Shown here in pieces: positions 1 through 9,903 of a stretch of DNA of 64,000 nucleotides. Numbering within the stretch: position 1 is the first letter of the stretch; the number at the start of each line of letters is the position of its first letter. The stretch covers positions 32,001-96,000 of the forward strand of contig JBGTGT010000123.1 of assembly GCA_041746575.1 (NCBI GenBank), in the 5' to 3' direction. The notes beneath the pieces were generated by a model. That model worked only from the letters and a program-made list of their open reading frames with translations. It made no database searches and was not told the DNA's origin. A program made the translations under genes and the position numbers. This DNA comes from Microcystaceae cyanobacterium. Its GTDB lineage: Bacteria > Cyanobacteriota > Cyanobacteriia > Cyanobacteriales > Microcystaceae.

Positions 1-218
1 TTCCAAGCACTGGTAGTAATAAAATTCAGACCAAATTGCTGAATCGCCGGCCAGGCGCGTAAAAAGATTAATAGTCCAATTGTTATTAAAATAACGGCAA
101 TCGCAATGGCAAAGATTTTTGTCATTATAATGAAGCCATTATCCAGATTCTTCTCTAAGTCTGAACGAGAGCCGAGATTAGTGGTATTAGCGTCTTGGGA
201 AAAGCTAGGGGAAGTCAT
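1..218 (-). CDS. pstC: Phosphate ABC transporter permease PstC (5' part; continues beyond the window start)
   Basis: Manual translation from ATG at 218: MTSPSFSQDANTTNLGSRSDLEKNLDNGFIIMTKIFAIAIAVILITIGLLIFLRAWPAIQQFGLNFITTSAW. TM helix plus the PstC-type PAI..FG..F....W motif; lies directly downstream of pstS. Confidence 0.88.
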   Translation of the reverse strand, partial: MTSPSFSQDANTTNLGSRSDLEKNLDNGFIIMTKIFAIAIAVILITIGLLIFLRAWPAIQQFGLNFITTSAW

Positions 219-477
219 TGGCGTTTTGGCTTTGAGATTTTGAATTTTGGATTGACCAATGCGTCAATTTCGTTTCTTGGATGCTATTGGACATTTGTCT
301 TATCTATCTCCAGAGAGCAACGGTGGCAGGTTACGACGCAAGAAATAGCTGGATTTTTGAGAAATTTTCCTGAATATTCAGCTTTTTCTCTAATCTATGA
401 CTTCAAACGTCGAACTTTTGCAACCGTTCCTCCTTATTGTCTAATATTTTTGTAACAAAAAATACAAAATTAATGGG

Positions 478-1623
478 TTAGTTCACTTTAATCGTGTAAT
501 CAGGGGTAATTTGGTCGGCGGCTTCGGCCACTTTCTGCCGCACGTTTTGAGGTAAGGGAATGTAACCTAATGAACTACTGACATCTTGCCCTTTGGTGAG
601 TCCGTATTGAATCATCGCTTCAGTGGCGATCGCTTTGTCCTTATCTTGGTAATCTTTATAAACTAAGAGCCAAGTGTAAGTGACGATGGGATAAGATTGA
701 TCGCCTTCAGGATTGGTGATAAATGCCCGTAAATTTTCGGGTAATTCCACAGCTTCAAGTGTTTTAGCGGCAGATTCATCGTTCGGTTCAATAAAGTTAC
801 CCGATTGATTTTCTAAAGCCGCCATCGTTAAACTATTATTTTTGGCGTAACCATACTCGACATAGCCGATAGCCCCTTTTGTCTGCTGAAGTTGAGCGGT
901 TATCCCTTCATTTCCTTTTGCCCCAATGAATTTGCCTTTTTTCGGCCATGCGACACTTTTGCCCTGTCCGACGGATTTTTCCCATTCAGGACTGATTGCG
1001 CTCAAATACATGGTAAATACACCTGTCGTGCCACTACCATCGGCGCGGTGAACGACTGTAATCGGTTGATCGGGTAATTGTAAATCGGGGTTTGCCTCGG
1101 CAATTTTGGGGTCATTCCAGCTAGTAATTGAGCCGTCAAAAATGCCAACTTGGGCTTCTTGGGTTAACTTTAAGCCTTCGAGTCCGGGAAGATTATAAGC
1201 CATCACGATACTTCCTGCCGTCATAGGCAACAACAGAACGCCCCTGCTTACTTTCTCAATTTCTTCGTCTTTCATCGCTACATCAGATGCGCCAAAATCC
1301 ACTGTGCCTTGGAGAAATTGCTCAACCCCTGCACCACTACCGACGGATTGATAATTAACTTGAAGATCGGGGACTTCTTGATTGAGTGATACAAACCAAT
1401 TTTGATATAAAGGGGCAGGAAAAGATGCCCCTGCGCCGGTTAAAGCAACTTGGCCAGAAAGGGGCGGTTTTTCCATCGCAACCGTTTCAGTATTGCCGTC
1501 AGTAGCAGTGTTATCAGAGGTTGTGCCGCCACCGCAGGCGGTTAAAGTCGCTAATAATGCCAGAATTGAGCCAGTATATACTAAACGGTTAGAGAAACTC
1601 ATATAAGGAATGCTTGTCTTCAT
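478..1623 (-). CDS. pstS: Phosphate ABC transporter substrate-binding lipoprotein PstS
   Basis: Lipobox LTAC; motifs GAGASFPAPLY, YQSVGSGAG, DFGASD, HRADGSGTT, GAIGYVE. Confidence 0.95.
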   Translation of the reverse strand: MKTSIPYMSFSNRLVYTGSILALLATLTACGGGTTSDNTATDGNTETVAMEKPPLSGQVALTGAGASFPAPLYQNWFVSLNQEVPDLQVNYQSVGSGAGVEQFLQGTVDFGASDVAMKDEEIEKVSRGVLLLPMTAGSIVMAYNLPGLEGLKLTQEAQVGIFDGSITSWNDPKIAEANPDLQLPDQPITVVHRADGSGTTGVFTMYLSAISPEWEKSVGQGKSVAWPKKGKFIGAKGNEGITAQLQQTKGAIGYVEYGYAKNNSLTMAALENQSGNFIEPNDESAAKTLEAVELPENLRAFITNPEGDQSYPIVTYTWLLVYKDYQDKDKAIATEAMIQYGLTKGQDVSSSLGYIPLPQNVRQKVAEAADQITPDYTIKVN

Positions 1624-1672
1624 AAGAACAATTTTTCAATTTAAATCATTAACTATACAAATCTTAGTAGGG

Positions 1673-1705
1673 ATTGTATCGGTTATTGGTAAAGAACAGT
1701 TTAAG
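1673..1705 (-). promoter_or_regulatory. Pho box (SphR/PhoB-type) plus -10 box for pstS-pstC
   Basis: Minus strand reads CTTAAACT-gtt-CTTTACCA (11-bp period), 8 nt, then TACAAT. Resembles the cyanobacterial PyTTAAPyPyW repeat. Confidence 0.6.
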
Positions 1706-1871
1706 AAAATGATTTTTTTTGTTAACTATCAGCAAGATTGTCAAAATTTTTAGGGTTTTCACCCTTAACGACCCTATCAATGCCATAAATTCATCTGAGA
1801 GGTCACATAATCCTAAATTCAGTTGGATTGATGTATGACCCACAAAACCGAAAAAGCTGACAAATTTTTAA

Positions 1872-1904
1872 GTTAATGTTGGCTTAAACTGCTTGTGCTA
1901 AGAT
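1872..1904 (+). promoter_or_regulatory. Pho box plus extended -10 box for the second pstS
   Basis: GTTAATGT-tgg-CTTAAACT, 8 nt, then TAAGAT preceded by TG-n. Same geometry as the divergent promoter. Confidence 0.55.
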
Positions 1905-1967
1905 GGTTGATATAAAATACATCAAAATATTTTGTTTTCTTGTCCGAATCCTTCGGTGAGGTAAAAA

Positions 1968-2993
1968 ATGAAAATCTTAGAAACAATGGTTATTTTAACT
2001 ACAACAACTTTGTTTACGGCTTGCGCTTCTGTTGATCCTACACAAATTAAACCAATTAATATTGATGGATCAAGTACCGTCGCCCCGATTACCGATGCGG
2101 TTTTAAAGGCTTATCACGCCGAACCGAAAAAAGAACTCGAAAAAATTGATATTAATGCTAGTATTTCAGGAACAGGGGGAGGATTTAAGAAGTTTTGTGC
2201 AGGAGAAACCGAAGTAAGTGCAGCCTCTCGTCCGATTTCCACCGCCGAAATGAAGGCTTGCACGGATGCAGGAATTCGCTTTATTGAACTGCCCATTGCC
2301 TATGATGCGGTAACGGTTGTCGTGAATCCGAGTAACCCAGTCGAGAGCATAACGGTGGCAGATTTAAAAAAAATATGGGAACCTCAAGCACAGGGAAAGG
2401 TCAAAAATTGGCAACAAGTTAACCCCCGTTTTCCGAATCAACCGCTCAATCTTTTTGCGCCTGATCAAGATTCGGGTACATTTGATTATTTCACAGAGGC
2501 GATCGTCGGTCAACCGAAGGCAAGTCGTACCGATTATGTAGCGAGTTCAGATGATGAAATTTTAGTTCAAGGGGTAATGCAAGATGCCAACGCCCTAGGT
2601 TATTTTGGCTATGCTTATTATGAGGAACACAAAGATCATTTAAAAGCGTTAGCCATTGAGAACGGAACAAATCGTGTCTTACCTTCCCCTGAAACCGTCG
2701 AAAATAATCAATATCAACCTTTAGCAAGACCTTTATTTATTTATGTCAATGCTAAATCAGCCCAAGAAAATCCAGCCTTAGAAGCTTTTATTAAATATTA
2801 TCTTAAAAAAGCCCCTGAGCTAGTTGAAAAAGTGGGTTATATTCCGCTTCCTGCTGATGGTTATAATCTAGCAGAAATTCAATTTCAACGTTTTGAAGTG
2901 GGAACGGTTTTTGATGGCAAAATTGATCACAATCTGGCCATTAGTGATTTATTACGCAAACAAGCTAAGTTTGAATCGGCGAATAGTAATTAA
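1968..2993 (+). CDS. pstS: Second PstS-family phosphate-binding lipoprotein
   Basis: Lipobox FTAC; motifs IDGSSTVAP, SGTGGGFKKFC, ASRPI, DSGTFDYF, YQPLARPLFIYV. Confidence 0.9.
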   Translation: MKILETMVILTTTTLFTACASVDPTQIKPINIDGSSTVAPITDAVLKAYHAEPKKELEKIDINASISGTGGGFKKFCAGETEVSAASRPISTAEMKACTDAGIRFIELPIAYDAVTVVVNPSNPVESITVADLKKIWEPQAQGKVKNWQQVNPRFPNQPLNLFAPDQDSGTFDYFTEAIVGQPKASRTDYVASSDDEILVQGVMQDANALGYFGYAYYEEHKDHLKALAIENGTNRVLPSPETVENNQYQPLARPLFIYVNAKSAQENPALEAFIKYYLKKAPELVEKVGYIPLPADGYNLAEIQFQRFEVGTVFDGKIDHNLAISDLLRKQAKFESANSN

Positions 2994-3015
2994 AGAAAAC
3001 CTCATCATTGCGCCA

Positions 3016-4137
3016 CTATTCTAATCCTTTGCCCAAAACCGAGTCTATCATTAAGGTGGCTTGATTATCTCCGTGATGAGGCATCCCATCGGTATGATTT
3101 ACCCCAAATGCTTGAAAATATTGACGAACAGAGTCAGGAAAATCAGGAAAGTCAAATGAATTGTCACCTTCTGCAATATCTGCCCAAAAATTTCTTAATT
3201 TCGGCGCAAATTGAAGGGCGACTTCTTCCGATAAGTTTAAAGGAGAAGACGTCAACAAACGCATCATAAAAGGAAAAGAGCGATCGCCTAACCAATCGCG
3301 GGATATTTCTGATAAGTTTGCAAAATCAGGCACATTCTTGATGTTATAAGACTGAATATTGCATTTTATTTTTGCAGAATGATGGGTTTCTACTTCAATT
3401 ACCCGATAGGGATGGGGATAACTGACCAATGAGCCTGTCGTAATTTCATAAATATCGTTATCATTGATAATATCTTGCACATGAAGATGGCCGGTCAATA
3501 TCAATTTAACCCCGTGTTTTTTTAGGATGGCTAATAACTGAGGAGCGTTATCTACCATATACCGTTTACCGAGTTCATGGGTGGCTTGATTGGGTAAATG
3601 TTCAATAACATTATGGTGAATCATAACTAAGATTAATTGATCGGAAAACTGAGATAAACTATCATCCAACCACCTTAATTGTGTCTCATCAACATATCCT
3701 AATTGTTTGCCTTCCGAATTAAATTGATTAGAATTCAAGCCAATTAACTGCACATTTTCTAAAATCTTTTGAGTATAATAGGGACGATTGGGCTGATCAT
3801 AGCCGAAGGGCTGATAATAAGTTGGAAAATCAATTAAACCCAGACTTTCAGTGGTAGAAATGGGGGTTAAAACATCGTGATTTCCAGGGATAACATAAGT
3901 CGGAAAGGGTAACGTTTTTAATTTTTTGATCAACCATTGATGATTTTCTCTTTCTCCGTCTTGGGTTAAATCTCCCGGTAGTAGAAGAAAATCAAGTTCT
4001 AATTGCTTTAGATGATCAATGGCTTGTTCAAAGGCAGGAATACTGACTTCTACAAGGTGAAAGCGATGGCTATGATGTTTAATCGTAAGAGGAAGGGCAA
4101 TATGAGGATCACTAATAACGGCAAAACGAAAAGTCAT
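3016..4137 (-). CDS. Calcineurin-like metallophosphoesterase
   Basis: DPH, GDLT, GNHD, HH and GHLH motifs. Confidence 0.9.
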   Translation of the reverse strand: MTFRFAVISDPHIALPLTIKHHSHRFHLVEVSIPAFEQAIDHLKQLELDFLLLPGDLTQDGERENHQWLIKKLKTLPFPTYVIPGNHDVLTPISTTESLGLIDFPTYYQPFGYDQPNRPYYTQKILENVQLIGLNSNQFNSEGKQLGYVDETQLRWLDDSLSQFSDQLILVMIHHNVIEHLPNQATHELGKRYMVDNAPQLLAILKKHGVKLILTGHLHVQDIINDNDIYEITTGSLVSYPHPYRVIEVETHHSAKIKCNIQSYNIKNVPDFANLSEISRDWLGDRSFPFMMRLLTSSPLNLSEEVALQFAPKLRNFWADIAEGDNSFDFPDFPDSVRQYFQAFGVNHTDGMPHHGDNQATLMIDSVLGKGLE

Positions 4138-4271
4138 AACATTGTAGCCTTTAATAGGGGATAATAAACAAAGGATAATGAACTCTTGTTAAAGTTTGCT
4201 TTTTTTTAAAAGAGACTTTTCAGCAAAATGTGTTAGGTATCAATGATTTTATCAGGTAGGAGGTCGTTATA

Positions 4272-4907
4272 TTGGCTAGAGTTCGAGTTCGTCAGCACGT
4301 TAACCCCTTAAGCTATAAATATCGTAACCCAATTAAGCCCCCATCGTGGGAGCAAATTTACAATAACCCCCGTCAATTGTTACATTTAGACATTGGGTGT
4401 GCCAGAGGAAAGTTTTTACTTAACATGGCACAAATTCAACCTGAAATCAACTTTCTGGGCATAGAAATTCGTGAGTCTTTAGTGATTGAAGCGAACCAAT
4501 ATCGAGAGCAATTAGGGTTAAACAATTTACATTTTTTGTTCGGTAACATTAATATTTCGCCGACGACTTTATTTCAATCTTTTCCGGCAAATATCTTGCA
4601 AACAGTTTCTATCCAATTTCCCGATCCTTGGTTCAAAAATCGTCATTTAAAACGGCGTATGGTTCAACCTGGATTAGTCTTAGCCATTGCTGAGTGTTTA
4701 AGAAAAGAGGGTCATGTTTTTTTACAATCTGACATTGAAGAAGTTGCCAAAGAAATGAGTGATCGCTTTTTAGAAAATTCGACTTTTATGCAACAGCATT
4801 CATGCCAATGGTTAGCGGATAATCCTTTTCCCGTTGCGACTGAAAGGGAGATAGCTACCTTTAATAAAAATCAATCAGTTTATCGCACTTTATTAAAAAA
4901 AAGATAA
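4272..4907 (+). CDS. trmB: tRNA (guanine-N7)-methyltransferase
   Basis: RVRQHVNP, LDIGCARG, GIEIR, FPDPWFK, TERE motifs; TTG start with an upstream GGAGG. Confidence 0.95.
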   Translation: MARVRVRQHVNPLSYKYRNPIKPPSWEQIYNNPRQLLHLDIGCARGKFLLNMAQIQPEINFLGIEIRESLVIEANQYREQLGLNNLHFLFGNINISPTTLFQSFPANILQTVSIQFPDPWFKNRHLKRRMVQPGLVLAIAECLRKEGHVFLQSDIEEVAKEMSDRFLENSTFMQQHSCQWLADNPFPVATEREIATFNKNQSVYRTLLKKR

Positions 4908-4911
4908 TCGG

Positions 4912-6003
4912 ATGATTAATGTTTATACTCAGCCTGAAAAAGGAAAAATTTGGTTACAAAAATATCAGGGATGTCGTCCCCTTTTTGCATGTATTTTAGG
5001 GTTTACGGAGACAGGCTTAATTCAAGGGATCTCGGCGGCGGGTAAAACCCCCGAAGATCGACGTTATACTGCGATCGCTGATGCTGAATTTTTAATAAAA
5101 GGGGTTCAATCTTCTTATACTTACCCCTTACCCCCTTTACATGAAGGAATTTCTCCTGTATTCATCACCCGAAGTCTTCTGGCAGCTTGTGACATTCCGA
5201 TTTATCTGTTTAATGCTGGGTTGCCGATCCCTCCAGTGGTGTCTGGAATTGACCTAGGCGGAATCCCTGCTCAATGTCTATCTTCAGGTCAATCTTTACC
5301 TTTAAGCATTGTAAAACATCTTTTTGAACAAGGATTATACTGGGGCGAACAATTAAGCAAAAATGCAAGTAATTCTTATGTAATACTAAGTGAATGTGTG
5401 GTGGGTGGTACAACGACAGCATTGAGTATTTTAACGGGTTTAGGCATCGATGGACGGGGCAAGGTGAACAGCAGTTTTCCCCTATGCAACCATGAGAAAA
5501 AATGGGAAATTGTGCAGAAAGGACTCATAAATGCTCAATTGTTGCACAATAATCCGCCTGACCCTTTTTTTTTAGTAGCAGCAGTGGGTGATCCGATGCA
5601 AATTGTCGTAGCAGGAATGGCAATTACCGCAAGTCGTTGCAGTGGAGTTCTTTTAGCTGGAGGAACCCAAATGTTAGCGGTTTACGCCTTGATTCAGTCT
5701 ATTATACAACAATATAGTTTATCTGCCAACTTAGATCAAATGGTGGTAGGGACAACGCGCTGGGTAGCCGAAGATCCCACAGGGGACACAATTGGATTAG
5801 CCAGAGAACTTGAGACAGCGATATTAACATCAAGTGCTTTAAATTTAACAAATTCTAGGTTTAATAGTCTAAAAATGTACGAAAAAGGCTTTGTCAAAGA
5901 GGGAGTAGGAGCGGGAGGGAGTGCGATCGCCGCTTCCCTCTATCGAGGCTGGACATCGGATCAATTATTAGAAATTATAGAATCTTTATTACTGGAAAGT
6001 TGA
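4912..6003 (+). CDS. cobT: Nicotinate-nucleotide phosphoribosyltransferase, CobT/TIGR00303 type
   Basis: GISAAG, ECVVGGTTTA, GDPMQ, LAGGTQM, VKEGVGAGG motifs. Confidence 0.85.
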   Translation: MINVYTQPEKGKIWLQKYQGCRPLFACILGFTETGLIQGISAAGKTPEDRRYTAIADAEFLIKGVQSSYTYPLPPLHEGISPVFITRSLLAACDIPIYLFNAGLPIPPVVSGIDLGGIPAQCLSSGQSLPLSIVKHLFEQGLYWGEQLSKNASNSYVILSECVVGGTTTALSILTGLGIDGRGKVNSSFPLCNHEKKWEIVQKGLINAQLLHNNPPDPFFLVAAVGDPMQIVVAGMAITASRCSGVLLAGGTQMLAVYALIQSIIQQYSLSANLDQMVVGTTRWVAEDPTGDTIGLARELETAILTSSALNLTNSRFNSLKMYEKGFVKEGVGAGGSAIAASLYRGWTSDQLLEIIESLLLES

Positions 6004-6026
6004 GAGATTAATGCAAAACGATGCGA

Positions 6027-6056
6027 TAAAAGAGGGTGAGATTTAACCCACCCCCT
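6027..6056 (-). terminator. Intrinsic terminator of hspA
   Basis: Minus strand AGGGGGTGGG-ttaaat-CTCACCCTCT followed by TTT, between convergent cobT and hspA. Confidence 0.6.
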
Positions 6057-6096
6057 ACGACTTACTAAGACTCAGAAATTGTGATTCTAATTGTCC

Positions 6097-6537
6097 TTAA
6101 CCAAGGTTAAGTTTAACCACTTTATTTTTTTCTTCTTCCGCTTTAGGCAAAGTAAGATGAAGGATACCCTCTTTATAATCTGCCGTTACGTTGGTATTTT
6201 GGACTAAAGCTGGAAGGGCGATTACGCGCTGGAATTTACCATAACGGAATTCAGAACGAGTAACACCGTTTTCTTCCGTTTTATTTTCGACTTTCCGTTC
6301 GCCGCTGATAGAAACGGTATCTTTGGTGACTTGAACATCCAAATCTTTTGCTTCCATACCGGGAACTTCAAGTTTTAATAAAACCGCTTCATCAGTCTCC
6401 GATAATTCTGCGGCAGGATTAAAGGTCAATCCATTTCCTTCTTGCCAAGTGGGGAATAGAGAATCATCAAAAAGACGGTTCATCCGACGTTGTAAAATTT
6501 CTAACTCATGGAAAGGGTTATAACGAGTTAAAGACAT
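6097..6537 (-). CDS. hspA: Small heat-shock protein, Hsp20 family
   Basis: Alpha-crystallin domain (SEFRYGKFQRVI, GILHLTLPK); ATG at 6537 preceded by a GGAGGA RBS. Confidence 0.93.
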   Translation of the reverse strand: MSLTRYNPFHELEILQRRMNRLFDDSLFPTWQEGNGLTFNPAAELSETDEAVLLKLEVPGMEAKDLDVQVTKDTVSISGERKVENKTEENGVTRSEFRYGKFQRVIALPALVQNTNVTADYKEGILHLTLPKAEEEKNKVVKLNLG

Positions 6538-6668
6538 ATTTTGTCCTCCCAAGTATTGCTTGATTGAGTTCCTTTTGTTTTTATTTTACTGAAGTAAAGG
6601 GGGGGGTGAAAATACGGTTTTCCAGAAAAGTAAGGGTAAGATCAGCGTACTTTAATTCTTTTTATCTC

Positions 6669-6705
6669 GGTAGGGAAAACCGAAAAAGAGGTTCGGTTCT
6701 CTACC
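6669..6705 (-). promoter_or_regulatory. K-box/Rre1-like inverted repeat upstream of hspA
   Basis: GGTAGAGAACCGAAC-ctctt-TTTCGGTTTTCCCTACC; each arm resembles GTTCGG-NNAN-CCNNAC. Confidence 0.45.
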
Positions 6706-7876
6706 TTTTGGTACGAGAAAGACGGGGAATTTGCGGTTTCAGTAAACCCTGTCGCCATAAAACCGTTACAGAAATCGTGGCAATAGCAACCATCACGCCT
6801 AAGCAGAAAGGATAGCCAAAATACCAGTTTAATTCAGGCATATTCCAAGGAGAGGCATCAGGATTAAAATTCATGCCATAAATGCCAGCAATAAAGGTTA
6901 AAGGACTAAAAATCGTCGCCACCACCGTTAGAACTTTCATCACTTCGTTATTTTTATTTCCCAGTGCCGATAAATACAAATTCAATAAGGCCTCGATCAT
7001 TTGTAACGCAGTGTCGATTGTTGCCGTAATCTGAGTCGCGTGATCGTGGCAATCTCTAAGTCCTGTTCGGACTTTCTTGCTGATCCAATGCTGACCGTCT
7101 TTGAGGAGGAAGTCAAGGGCTTCTCGCTGAGATTGAATGCCTTGATTTAGGGTAATCAGTTCTTTTCTGATGGTATAAATTGTTTCTAAGGTTTGTACGG
7201 TCGGTTTGAAAAAGATTTCCTCTTCCAAAATTTCCAATCTTTCCCGACACAAGGTCAAAGCAGGGTAATAACTATCAATTACTGCATCCCAAAGAGCATA
7301 ACATAAATAATCTGCACCCATTTGCCGAATTTTTCCTTTATTATTAAGGATGCGATCCCTGACTAAATCAAAACAATCCCGTAATGGTTCTTCTTGAAAA
7401 GTCAGCACGTAATTTTTACCTAACACAAAACTGACTTGTTCTAACCAAAAGCCGTCCCCTTTCGGTTTTAAAATCGCCGCTTGGGTTAAAATCAATAAAC
7501 AACTGGGATATTCTTCAATTTTAGGTCGCTGAGGCACATTTACTACATCTTCTAGGAGATAAGGATCTAAACTAGCCATTTCGCCTACTTGATAGAGGAT
7601 TTCTTCTGTGCCTAATCCTCCAATATCTATCCAAGAAATAGAAGGACTTTCAACATAAAGACGACAGTCTTCTGGGGTTAAATCCTGACGACTGATCGCC
7701 TGTTGACTATCGTAATTGATCAGGGCAAGCACCGTCCGATAGGCATCGTGGGCAATGCGTAATGTTCCCGGTATCGTCCCCGGTGTTTGATAATGATAAG
7801 TCAAGGGGTTATCCTCATCGGGAGAAATGGGGCAGGATTGGGCTTGATGAACCGAAAATTGGCGTTGAAAGGACAT
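6701..7876 (-). CDS. corA: Magnesium/cobalt transporter CorA
   Basis: GMN signature (YGMNF), MPELNW, QRPKIE and two C-terminal TM helices. Confidence 0.95.
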   Translation of the reverse strand: MSFQRQFSVHQAQSCPISPDEDNPLTYHYQTPGTIPGTLRIAHDAYRTVLALINYDSQQAISRQDLTPEDCRLYVESPSISWIDIGGLGTEEILYQVGEMASLDPYLLEDVVNVPQRPKIEEYPSCLLILTQAAILKPKGDGFWLEQVSFVLGKNYVLTFQEEPLRDCFDLVRDRILNNKGKIRQMGADYLCYALWDAVIDSYYPALTLCRERLEILEEEIFFKPTVQTLETIYTIRKELITLNQGIQSQREALDFLLKDGQHWISKKVRTGLRDCHDHATQITATIDTALQMIEALLNLYLSALGNKNNEVMKVLTVVATIFSPLTFIAGIYGMNFNPDASPWNMPELNWYFGYPFCLGVMVAIATISVTVLWRQGLLKPQIPRLSRTKR

Positions 7877-8301
7877 TAAGCTAAGGTTAAAGCAATAAAA
7901 TGAATCAAGGGGAATTTTACTTAATTATATCGTCAATCTCTAAAAGCTTTTCTGGGTTTTTGGCGGGTCGGTCTCAGCCGAATTCAGCAACTTCTCAAGC
8001 GAAATCTAAGGGGTAAAAATTCACCTTTTATCGAAGCGATTAAGGCAGATTAGGGTCAGGATAAGGACATTTTCTGAGAGAAATTATACCCTCTGCTGAA
8101 CGGAATCTTGCTAAAACTTAGGGATGATTTTCTAACCGACAGATGAACAGTAATCTTGATGGGACACTTTGGCAGGGCAGAGAGCATTTGAAAAAAAATT
8201 TTTGATCAACTTTCTACATTAGAGTTATAGTTTAACTATGACTAATAAAAAACAACCCAGTAACACTATTGTTACAAAACATCGAGGATAAGTGAACAAT
8301 T

Positions 8302-8703
8302 ATGCCTGATATGGAACCGACTCCTATAACGGGAAAAGCCCTTCTTCAAAAGGTCAAAGAGCTTTCTCACCTTCCCCGTCGAGAAACCGCTAAAGAATGT
8401 GGTTATTACACTATCACAAAAGCGGGAGAACAACGAGTCAATTTGACAGACTTTTATGACGCAGTGCTTGCGGCTAAAGGTGTTCCTCTTGATCCAGAGG
8501 GAGCAAAAGATGGTCGAGGACGAGAACCGACTTTTCGTGTCAGTGTCCACAAAAATGGTCAAATTGTCATTGGCTCTACCTATACTGAAAAGATGGGATT
8601 AAAGCCGGGAGATGAATTTGAAATTAAATTGGGTTACAAACATATCCACCTTAAGCAACTAGACGAGGATCAACTCTCGGGTGGAGCAGATGAAGCGGCC
8701 TAA
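8302..8703 (+). CDS. calA: Cyanobacterial AbrB-like transcription regulator (cyAbrB1/CalA type)
   Basis: TGKALLQKVKELSHLPRRETAKECGY ... FRVSVHKNGQIVIGSTYT ... FEIKLGYKHIHL. Confidence 0.9.
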   Translation: MPDMEPTPITGKALLQKVKELSHLPRRETAKECGYYTITKAGEQRVNLTDFYDAVLAAKGVPLDPEGAKDGRGREPTFRVSVHKNGQIVIGSTYTEKMGLKPGDEFEIKLGYKHIHLKQLDEDQLSGGADEAA

Positions 8704-9004
8704 TTGTCCCTTTGTCTGAGTCAGTTTGCGAGATTTGCTCAGTTAGAAGGGGGAGAGAGGGGCAATGTCTGAAACGAATAGATCCCTCTGTCATAGAGAT
8801 TTAATTGTCTCATCATTCCGAGACAGTATGTTTAACCCCCAGCAGGTTTTTGTAAGGAGAAGATTAAGTGATTTTCTTCAAACAGAAACCTGCCGATCTG
8901 CTTTACCTTAAATTTAGAGATAATGAGTAATAGGTTATTGGGCTTGGCTTATGAATCAGAAGTGAGAAATCAGCATCGTCTTTTCTTATTCGTTATTAAT
9001 TATC

Positions 9005-9814
9005 ATGGAAAATTGGTCGGATTGGCCATCTATTCTTAAAGTGACTTTTTTTTTAGGAATTTGGTTAATCCTGTGGCTTCCTTTAGCTGTTCCTTTCGCT
9101 TTTGCCGTCAAATGGAAGCCTTTTAAACCCTTCACTGTTCAGCAAAAATTACCCCTTGTGTTGATGCTCTACGGACTCGCTCCTTTGCTTATCGTGGGGA
9201 TTTGCCATCTTGAACACACGACTTTAAGCGATTATGGACTTTTTTGGCGAACGTCCTTCTTTGTATCGGCTTTATGGGGATTGGGTTTAGGCGGATTCAG
9301 TTTAATTGGCGTTTTTGTCTTAGAAGGAGGAATGGGATGGGTGCAATGGCATCTTGAGCAGATGCCTCAATTGCTGAAGTGTTTGTTTCCTTTGCTCGTG
9401 ATTGCGTTATGGGTAGGAATTACAGAAGAAGCTATTTTTCGAGGTTTATTTATAACCCAACTGGAAAATCGCTATTCTCCCCTTTTAGCGGCTGCAATAT
9501 CGAGTGCTATATTTGCTTTACTCCACTTGATTTGGGAACGCAAAGAAACCATTCCCCAGTTACCGGGGTTATGGTTAATGGGAATCGTTTTAGCACTAGC
9601 GCGTGGGTTTGACGGAGGAAGCATTGGATTAGCGTGGGGACTTCATGCCGGCTGGATATGGGGATTAGCGACGTTAGAGGCGGCACAGTTAATCAGTTAT
9701 CCTTCAGCGCGTCCAATTTGGCTAACGGGATTCTATCAGCATCCTTTAGCTGGGATGGCAGGTATTTTATATTTGCTTTTAGTCGGGAGTATTTTAGGGT
9801 TATTAAAAGGATAA
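9005..9814 (+). CDS. CPBP (CAAX/Abi) intramembrane metalloprotease
   Basis: EEAIFRG, FALLH and GLHAGW motifs; multiple TM segments. Confidence 0.9.
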   Translation: MENWSDWPSILKVTFFLGIWLILWLPLAVPFAFAVKWKPFKPFTVQQKLPLVLMLYGLAPLLIVGICHLEHTTLSDYGLFWRTSFFVSALWGLGLGGFSLIGVFVLEGGMGWVQWHLEQMPQLLKCLFPLLVIALWVGITEEAIFRGLFITQLENRYSPLLAAAISSAIFALLHLIWERKETIPQLPGLWLMGIVLALARGFDGGSIGLAWGLHAGWIWGLATLEAAQLISYPSARPIWLTGFYQHPLAGMAGILYLLLVGSILGLLKG

Positions 9815-9903
9815 AAGTTGATTCGCCTTCAAATCTCCTTTCTACAAAATAAGACGACAAATCACGTAGATCTATCGTCTTATTCAAGAGAATAAGTATC
9901 AGA

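Noticed and set aside
224..253. STRR-like heptamer run (TTTGAGA TTTTGAA TTTTGGA)
   Set aside because: Only 3-4 degenerate units; common low-information cyanobacterial intergenic repeat.
195..455. 86-aa plus-strand ORF between pstC and pstS
   Set aside because: Antisense to the pst operon, overlaps the pstC start and has no recognisable motif.
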